Below, piece by piece: positions 30,464 to 37,749 of a stretch of 64,000 nucleotides of DNA; within the stretch, counting starts at the first letter, position 1; each line of letters starts with the position of its first letter. A program made the position numbers and the translations under genes. The notes under the pieces are model-generated. The model did not search any database, was not told the origin of the DNA, and worked only from the letters and a program-made list of their open reading frames with translations. This DNA comes from Candidatus Latescibacterota bacterium (GTDB lineage: Bacteria; Latescibacterota; UBA2968). The stretch lies in NCBI GenBank assembly GCA_965207885.1, contig OZ242311.1:4288001-4352000 (forward strand), given 5' to 3'.

Positions 30464-33171
30464 TTATTTACCGAAAGCATCGACAAACAGCAGAAAATCG
30501 CCAATCCCTATTGTGCCATCCCCATCCAGATCAAACCGCGCATCATATCTCGCATCGCCACGACTTAATCCGAACCGGGTTGCAAACAGCAAAAAATCGC
30601 TAATGCCAACTGTCCCATCGCCATCAAAATCGGCCGTTGGAGACGCCTCCGGAACACCAGTGACCACAGCATCGATGCCCACATCTGACACTGTTAGAGG
30701 ACCTCCGCCTTTCTCCTGAACTGGAAACTCTACGCAACCAATCGTCTTTCGCTCTCCGCGAGAATTTCCTAAAATATCGGTTGTTATATCTGGATAATGT
30801 CCCTCTGCATTGCCAATCAAACCACTGGACTCTGCCGCACAACAACCCCATTGGGCAGATAATCCACATCCACCTTAGCAATTCTTATCCCATCCCGATC
30901 AGGCATACCCAAATCCCCATCCGTCACATTCCCCTCCCACATCCAATCCACTGGCTCATCGTCCTGCACCAGCCGCACAGTCCTATCGGATCCCACAAAA
31001 GCATTATTCGCAACCACGCAATCCTCAGGTGCTATACCGTTGGGATGCAGTGGGTGATTTAGCCCCACATCCATCGCCGGACTACATCCCACAAACGTAT
31101 TAAACGCAATCAGCGCGCGCTCCACCCGCACATAGAGATCATCCATCGTCCCATCCCTCACACCCACGCCAGACGCATTGAGCGAGTGGAACAGATTGTT
31201 GACAACAACCTGATCTGTCCCTTGCAAGCGCACACCGCCAGCCCGGCGTTCGCCCTCGCCAAAAAAGAAATTCTCAGACACCACATTGCCATGCCCACTC
31301 CGAAGCGTCAGCGCCCCTCGGCAATCGCGAAACGTATTCCTGCGGAGCGTATTGCCATTGGACTTCACAGAGATAATCTCCGACTCCCCACTACAGCGCT
31401 CAAAAAGGTTGTATTCGATTAGGGTTCCAGAGTGGCCCGGTTCCGGGTTCCAAGGATTTCCCTTTATAACAAGTTGAAGCGTTTCATAGCCATTGCCCAA
31501 CTTGCCCTCTGGAATATCGACGAAGTGGTTGTGGTGGATGTGGTGGTGTTCTCCCTTGTCTAGCACGACGATTCGCATCAATTGGTGGTCAATGTACCCC
31601 TCCGCAACATGGGGAATGTCGAACCTACCGCCCTCATGATCGGTGTTGTTGGTCTTGTTCTCGAATCGGCAGTAATCAATTTCGATTTGCTGACTTTCCG
31701 GCAATACGTCCATCCAAATGCCTACCTGAACGTCTGTCATTACACAGCGACTGATGCGACAACCTCGACCGCGAATTTTTATACTGCCCTTCTCCTCAAA
31801 GCGAAGACCTACGAGATTAATGTAATCTCCCTTTATTGATATGGGACCCTGGATAACGGCTTTCCCGATGTTCTTCGCCTGAATTGTGATGGGATGGGCC
31901 GCGCTCCCCTTTGCTACCAACTCGCACACATCGCCGTCATATACTCCGTCATCTAAGGTGATTGTGTCGCCAGGACGCGCGTCAGATACCCGGTTTTCAA
32001 GATCGGATAATGTCATAATTCTCGTGCGAAAGATCAACGGTGGCACCGACGCATGCCCTGGGATTAACACCTCGACCGTATTTTCTTTTGATGATCCCAA
32101 TGTCAAGGTTGTCTGTGCCCTACCTTTGGTATTGGTAGTGCCGGTGGTGGTACTGAGTGAGCCACCACCTGAGGTGACGGTAAAAGACACCGGCACACCA
32201 GCAAATGCTTTATTTCTCTGATCCCGCACTTCCACAACGTATGGGGCAGACAAAGTCGATCCGGGCGTGCCCTCCTGCCATTGCCCGGAGGCTATGACCA
32301 ACTTCGTCGGCGTGCGGGAATCGAATCTTACGCGGACCCCGCGGCCCTGAAGGACCGGAATGTGCGTATTGAGGGAAGGATAGCTCAGAGGGTTTTCTTT
32401 CAAAGAGACCTCGTCGCCATTTCCCAATCCCGTGTTTACTACCAATGGCGAGATGTCCAGGATGGCGTTTCTAAGAAGACTCAGCAGTGTCAGATCAGTT
32501 AAGTTAGAAAGCGGAGATATATCCGAAATACTATTGTCCCACAGCTTCAGTTGCTTTAGACGGATTAAGCCCGCGAGGTGCGAGAGATCTGATATACTGT
32601 TCTGGCTAATATCCAGAAACGTAAGTAGAGTTAAGTTGGAAAGCGGAGACGCATCCGAGATTGAGTTGCGCTCAAGATCCAGAAAAGTTAGACGGGTTAA
32701 GTTGGAAAGCGGAGATACGTTCGAGATTGAATTGTGCTGGATATCCAGAAATGTCAAGCGAGTTAAGTTAGAAAGCGGAGACACATCCGAAATACTGTTG
32801 CCTGCAAGTCTTAGCGTTTTCAGGCTGGTTAAGCCCGATAGGGGCGAGAGGTTGGAGATGTCGTTGCTGTTGATATAACGACCACCTTCTCCCCACTCGC
32901 CACCGAGATAAAGATGAGTCAATCCGGTTGCATACTCAAGCCCAGTCAGGTTGTGGATATTCGCATCCTGCGCGTCAATGCGCGTCAATGTCGCCATTTC
33001 CGCCCGGGTAATCGTCGTACCGCTTGCCTTGTCTAACGAGTCCTCAATGACAGCCCTCAGGTTCACGTCGGGGATAGTTACGGCCTGGTTCTGCGCGCTA
33101 CTTTTGCCGCAGACGGCAAAGAAAATTAAAAGTATGGTAAAGACAGAAGATATATAACGGCAAAAAATCAT
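30464..33171 (-). pseudogene. LRR + Ig-like + PL6-like beta-helix + dockerin-like protein, copy 2, frameshifted near 30835
   Basis: Paralog of 24803-28411; one base shorter at about 30833-30840, splitting it into ORFs 30817-33171 and 30464-30820. Confidence 0.82.
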
Positions 33172-33183
33172 AAATTTCCTCGC

Positions 33184-33530
33184 TCACTTTCTGTGGATCT
33201 CGCATTTGACCTCTGCTCGCTCACATAGCTTTGTCCATTGATACAGCGCGGTCCCATAACTCATGCGCTGATCTTTGTATTTTCCCGTCCTGAAGAGTGG
33301 TCCCGCGGTTAAATCTTCATTGCGAAGATACGCGCGCAATAGTTTCAGGCTTTCAAACTCAAAGGGCAACGGGACCTCGCGCTCGTACTCTCCTTTGCCT
33401 CTGAACCGCATACCCTCCTGCCCAGCACTCAGGACAATATCCTCAACGTAAATGCCCAGATACGAATCCCAGTTTCGGCCAGCAGAGTGAACACCAGGCA
33501 TCTCAGCACTGTTGATCTATATCAAACCAC
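33184..33530 (-). pseudogene. Tyrosine recombinase (XerD-like) catalytic-domain relic
   Basis: CLVFTLLAETGIR (catalytic R box) in one frame; GIYVEDI, RGKGEYEREVP, GPLF in the next; stops at EIHRK*, where HxLRH is expected. Confidence 0.75.
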
Positions 33531-33578
33531 ATCTTCGATGCTCACATTATAGTTGCATAAATACACCTGATTCGCTCA

Positions 33579-34310
33579 TTACCGACACATTTCCTTATTT
33601 ACCTTTTTCCTTTCTACCTCTTGATCTTGATGATATCTAATGGACAAGCAAACTTCAAGAATACGATTATACACTAACCAGGTGCCTTCTCTTTTTCCGT
33701 TTATATATTCACGCCTTGATTTGTACCCTTCACTGAAATGAAAAACCGATTTGCCGTGCGCCTTGCCATCTACAAAGGAGATTTCCCTTACGGACCCATC
33801 TCTCTCACGGAGGACCCATTTGCCGTGCGGCTTGCCGTTCACATAGAAGCGTTCCTCTACGGCTCCATCCAAGTGACGCCAGATCCATTGCCCATGCTTT
33901 TTGCCATCCACATAGGGACCTTCCTCTACGGTCCATTTCGAGGGACGATGGACCCATTGTCCATGAAAATTGCCTTTCTGGAGGTGCCCAGTGTCCGTCC
34001 CTAAAATTTTAAGAGAGTCTCCGTCAGTAACAGCCCAGGTAAGCGTTCCTTCCCCATGAGCCAAATTTCCTGAACACTTGCCAGACCAGGTCACGGTCTC
34101 GTCTTTCTGAAGGTAAGGATTCCAGATATAGCATTCAGACTGGTTGGTCAACGCCATCCAACAACTGGAGCCTACAGGCTTTCCGCCACACGTTTTCCCG
34201 GCACTGATCTCCGGCGGCAGTTGAGCGGATGCCGGACCTGTCAACACAAGCGCCGAAATGAAAAAGCCAATAAGCATTTTTCGCCTGGCGTGTCGCTTTA
34301 TTTGATCCAT
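33579..34310 (-). CDS. Secreted MORN/YwqK-like repeat protein with Cys-rich module
   Basis: Signal peptide; CGGKPVGSSCWMALTNQSECYIWN; GPYVDGKKHGQW-type repeats. Confidence 0.8.
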   Translation of the reverse strand: MDQIKRHARRKMLIGFFISALVLTGPASAQLPPEISAGKTCGGKPVGSSCWMALTNQSECYIWNPYLQKDETVTWSGKCSGNLAHGEGTLTWAVTDGDSLKILGTDTGHLQKGNFHGQWVHRPSKWTVEEGPYVDGKKHGQWIWRHLDGAVEERFYVNGKPHGKWVLRERDGSVREISFVDGKAHGKSVFHFSEGYKSRREYINGKREGTWLVYNRILEVCLSIRYHQDQEVERKKVNKEMCR

Positions 34311-34314
34311 CCTT

Positions 34315-34980
34315 TTAAAATCGCAGCACAGCCTTTACAAATGCTTGCCGACGGGGGTAAGAAATCCCAAAAGACAATGGGGAGATGCGCCGTTTCTCGG
34401 AAAGTGATTGTATGGGAAGCATGTTTATTCTGTCTCTGATTTTACAGTAAAATTCTTGTTCTTTTCCGTTGTCAACTCGCACATGTAAGGTTTCCCCAGA
34501 TTTGTCCTTCATTACAAAATGGGTATTCTCTCGCAAGAGAACGCGTTCGGGGAATACTCCCTTTGATACCAGGGTAATCCCTGCTGATATTGTACTTTTT
34601 GCATAAGGTGATTCCAAGAACTCCCACCCATCTTGTTCATCTAAGACTGCACATAGTGCATACACTCCAAAAGTTATCCCCGCAAGACCCAGATCGTGAA
34701 AAAGTTTTCTCCACGCACCCGTTTCTCTGTGCATCCCTACTTTTACAGTATCATCCATCCCGAATTGTGCAACTAATAGGTTTGTCTTCTGGGCATATAC
34801 ACGAATTGTTTTTTCGTCACACTTGACAATTGCGGGAAACCAGTCTCCCTTATCTGAAACTCGATAAGCTGTTATTCCACCTGAAAATGTACAAATATCT
34901 GCTGACACCTCATGGGCTACCGCAACTGTGAAAAATCCCAATAAGATTGTAAAAAGAATGCCTTTGATTACGCTCTGCAT
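34315..34980 (-). CDS. Hypothetical secreted protein
   Basis: Signal peptide MQSVIKGILFTILLGFFTVAVA; ends in VLRF. Confidence 0.65.
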   Translation of the reverse strand: MQSVIKGILFTILLGFFTVAVAHEVSADICTFSGGITAYRVSDKGDWFPAIVKCDEKTIRVYAQKTNLLVAQFGMDDTVKVGMHRETGAWRKLFHDLGLAGITFGVYALCAVLDEQDGWEFLESPYAKSTISAGITLVSKGVFPERVLLRENTHFVMKDKSGETLHVRVDNGKEQEFYCKIRDRINMLPIQSLSEKRRISPLSFGISYPRRQAFVKAVLRF

Positions 34981-35085
34981 AGGTGTACCTTCCTTTCGTT
35001 GGTGATTCTGTTAGGTGTAGGTGAATAAAAAAACACCACCTCTTTTCCTTCCCACACAAGAGGTAAAGAGATAAAGAGTCAGGAG

Positions 35086-35490
35086 TTAAAGATCCCGGGC
35101 AACTCGAAAACCGATGAAGTCGTCCCGGTTCTCGGTGGGAAGCCTGAAGCGAGCCGCAGAACGCAAGAAACTCGGTAAGCTAAACCACGAACCACCACGC
35201 AACACGCGCATTCTGCAGTTCCCAAACAGCCAGGCAGATCCATCTGTCGGTGCCCTTCGTAATTCTCGTTCCAACAATCTTGTACCCATTCCTCTACATT
35301 CCCGTGCATGTCGTGAAGTTCCCATCTGTTGGCACTGAAGGAATCCACCGGAGATGAGTGTCGCTTATCCCACTGACTGCCGCAACCCGAGCAATTGGCA
35401 CGGTTAACACCAATGTCGTTCCCCCAGCTATACGTTGTTGTTGAGCCAGCACGCGCAACACAACGCCAGTAATCCAGTGACTTTAGTCAT
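35086..35490 (-). pseudogene. FGE/CLec-domain pseudogene with intact VR-like 3' end
   Basis: MTKVTGLLALC start joined by deletion to VARAG...YSWGNDIGVNRANC; frameshift near 35255; ends RGGSW...IGFRVARDL*. Confidence 0.8.
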
Positions 35491-35635
35491 CACCGCGACC
35501 GCCTAAGACCGTTTACATAGGTCTCTGTGCGTGTGCGTCCGGACGAGTCACGCCTAACATAATCGCCGTGCCTCTTGCCGTCCACATAAGGGCCTTTCTT
35601 TACTGTTCTGCCGTAAGTCTCGACCCAATGGCCCG
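35490..35635 (-). pseudogene. Orphan 3' fragment of a MORN-like repeat gene
   Basis: GHWVETYGRTVKKGPYVDGKRHGDY...TETYVNG with no proper 5' end. Confidence 0.65.
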
Positions 35636-35682
35636 GACAGCTTGCCCTGTCCACAAACGCGATCGGGAAACTTCTGCAAAGA

Positions 35683-36732
35683 CTATTGCTTCTCGCCATT
35701 CACATAAGTTGATGTTTTTGTTCTAACTATTTTGCCGCCTGCCATTACACGCTCGACCCATTGCCCGTGCCGCTTGTCATCCACATATGAGCCTTTCTCT
35801 TCTTCATATCCATCACTCCATCCCCCCCACGCGCCCCTGGATCTCAAGACCCATTCGCCGTGTCGCTTGTCGTTCACATAGAGACCTCCCCAATCTCCAC
35901 TCGCCTCCGGGTGACTATAGACCCACTGCCCGTGCCGCTTCCCTTCCTTATAGAGGCCTTTCTCTGTGGTCCTACTATCCTCCCACCGTACAACCCACTG
36001 CCCGTGCCGCTTGCCTTCCACATAGGGGCCTTCAAATATGCCCCCATTCCCCCGTTCAACCCACTGCCCATGCTTCTTGCCTTCTACATAGGGGCCTTCC
36101 TCTGTCATGAACGTACCCCACCGTACAACCCACTGCCCGTGCCGCTTGCCTTTCTGGAGATGCCCTGTTGATGTAATTGAGCCTCCGTCAGTAAAAGCCC
36201 CGGTAAGCGTTCCCTCCCCATGAGCCAAATTTCCTGAACACTTGCCAGACCAGGTTACGGTCTGCTCCGTATAGTAGTAGTCATTCCAGACATAGCATTC
36301 AGGATGGTTGGTCAATTCCATCCAACAACTGGAGCCAAAAGGCTTTCCAGCACACATTTCCTCAGCACTGATCTCAGTCCCTTCAACTTCGAGCAATAAC
36401 ACCAGTGCCTCCCTATAGAACTGTCCCTCTCTCCCTGTTGCTGACAGATACTTGTTTACCGACTCATGCGCGATCTTGATTGAATCTGCTGACCAGGCCA
36501 CACGCGCATATTTGAAGTGAAACTCGTCCGGCAATGTGAAGTTGTGCTCTTTTTGTAGCGCGATGATCTTTTCCATCACATTGAAGGCACCTGCATAGTC
36601 TTCTTTTGCATGTAACTGGTCTGCCTGAATCAGATGTTTATCTACCATGATCTCTGGCGGTAGTTGGGCAGATGCAACCGTGAAAAATCCCAGCGAAAAT
36701 AGAACGAAAATACTTCTGATGACGCTCTGCAT
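35683..36732 (-). CDS. Secreted MORN/YwqK-like repeat protein with TPR-like and Cys-rich modules
   Basis: MQSVIRSIFVLFSLGFFTVASA signal after AAGGAG; helical domain; CAGKPFGSSCWMELTNHPECYVWN; about 6 GPYVEGKRHGQW repeats. Confidence 0.82.
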   Translation of the reverse strand: MQSVIRSIFVLFSLGFFTVASAQLPPEIMVDKHLIQADQLHAKEDYAGAFNVMEKIIALQKEHNFTLPDEFHFKYARVAWSADSIKIAHESVNKYLSATGREGQFYREALVLLLEVEGTEISAEEMCAGKPFGSSCWMELTNHPECYVWNDYYYTEQTVTWSGKCSGNLAHGEGTLTGAFTDGGSITSTGHLQKGKRHGQWVVRWGTFMTEEGPYVEGKKHGQWVERGNGGIFEGPYVEGKRHGQWVVRWEDSRTTEKGLYKEGKRHGQWVYSHPEASGDWGGLYVNDKRHGEWVLRSRGAWGGWSDGYEEEKGSYVDDKRHGQWVERVMAGGKIVRTKTSTYVNGEKQ

Positions 36733-36760
36733 GATGTCTCTCCTTTCATTATTTGACCTG

Positions 36761-37390
36761 CTATCGCTGTGTGCAGCCCCACACGCGCACACGGCATGAT
36801 TTTCCACCTCTTCGTCGGCATTCGCTTAGTGCCCTGTTTTGCGCTGCCACGCTACTGTTATCCTTTCCCCAGCCATAGATGGTGCTGCCCGGCTCTTGAT
36901 CCGCCGCGAAGGCACCGCATTGGTCGCTGAATCTCATGACCACATGGCAATTGTTGCCGCACTCGGCAAGTGCCCGCTGTTCCGCCTGTTGAGCAGTCGG
37001 ATAGTTGATGGCCCAGCCCCACGACGGCCCTTGATTCGAGTCAATGGCGAGTGCTCCCCACAGCGTAGTATTCGCTGTTTGATCGCCTTGAGTCAGTGCT
37101 GGCGCATCGAAGTGGCTGCTCATACCGGACATTTCGATAACGGTAAATGTGTTCGTAAACGCCATGAACTCGTCCGCGGCCTGGTAAGCGTCCATGGAAT
37201 CGTAGGAACCGCCAGTTTGGGCTGTAACCTGGCGCAGATCCTGTGCCGCTTGCGCGTTCGGAGTCATGCTATACCCCAACAGCAAGCTATTTTTGCCATG
37301 TCCACCCTCTTGAGAAAAAGCCTGCGATCCCCAACTGATCGCAGCCACAACCATAGCGGCCTTTACCATTGTTCTTGCAATACGGTTCAT
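36761..37390 (-). CDS. Secreted DUF4189 domain protein
   Basis: WGALAI...WGWAINYPT..QAEQRALAEC...C.VV.RF..QCGAFA...RALSEC; signal peptide; AGGAG RBS. Confidence 0.75.
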   Translation of the reverse strand: MNRIARTMVKAAMVVAAISWGSQAFSQEGGHGKNSLLLGYSMTPNAQAAQDLRQVTAQTGGSYDSMDAYQAADEFMAFTNTFTVIEMSGMSSHFDAPALTQGDQTANTTLWGALAIDSNQGPSWGWAINYPTAQQAEQRALAECGNNCHVVMRFSDQCGAFAADQEPGSTIYGWGKDNSSVAAQNRALSECRRRGGKSCRVRVWGCTQR

Positions 37391-37463
37391 TGTAAGTCTC
37401 CTATATGAAGGATGAGTAGTTGCCCGCAGGGCAGTCGCCTGGGACTCGAATTTGATTTACAAA

Positions 37464-37479
37464 TGCAAAAAGCGTGCCA
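37464..37479 (-). promoter_or_regulatory. Sigma54 (-24/-12) promoter upstream of the secreted-protein array
   Basis: Minus strand TGGCACGCTTTTTGCA matches TGGCACG-N4-TTGCW exactly; 73 bp upstream of ATG 37390. Confidence 0.88.
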
Positions 37480-37510
37480 ATGTGAGCATTGTGTTCCAGA
37501 CATATACTCG

Positions 37511-37523
37511 TAACAGGTTGTTT
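37511..37523 (-). promoter_or_regulatory. IHF-like bending site
   Basis: AAACAACCTGTTA vs WATCAA-N4-TTR (1 mismatch), AT-rich flank, between promoter and UAS. Confidence 0.45.
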
Positions 37524-37589
37524 TATATAAAGAAAAAAGCCAATCTGACTATATAATATCGCCGCAAAACAGTCGGATTGGCTTTTGCA

Positions 37590-37649
37590 TAAGACTTTAT
37601 ACGGTCTTATATAAGACGTATTATGGTCTTGAGACTATAGTACGTCCTT
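37590..37649. promoter_or_regulatory. Three tandem palindromic upstream activator sites
   Basis: TAAGAC-N8-GTCTTA (37590), TAAGAC-N8-GTCTTG (37612), TGAGAC-N8-GTCCTT (37630). Confidence 0.7.
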
Positions 37650-37749
37650 TTTTGTTTGCAAGTGTGAGAGTCAATAATTATGTTTTCCTTTGCAAATGGG
37701 AGATACACTATGAACCCGTTTTTTTTCTTCACATCACAAGGTTCTTTCC

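Noticed and set aside
35086-35210. Second FGE copy as the DGR template region
   Set aside because: Not AAC-rich, and mismatches are not confined to its adenines; it looks like a VR, and no RT lies in the window
35760-36160. Repeat-spacer pattern resembling a CRISPR array
   Set aside because: Repeats are degenerate, in frame and inside a MORN-like CDS; no cas genes or leader
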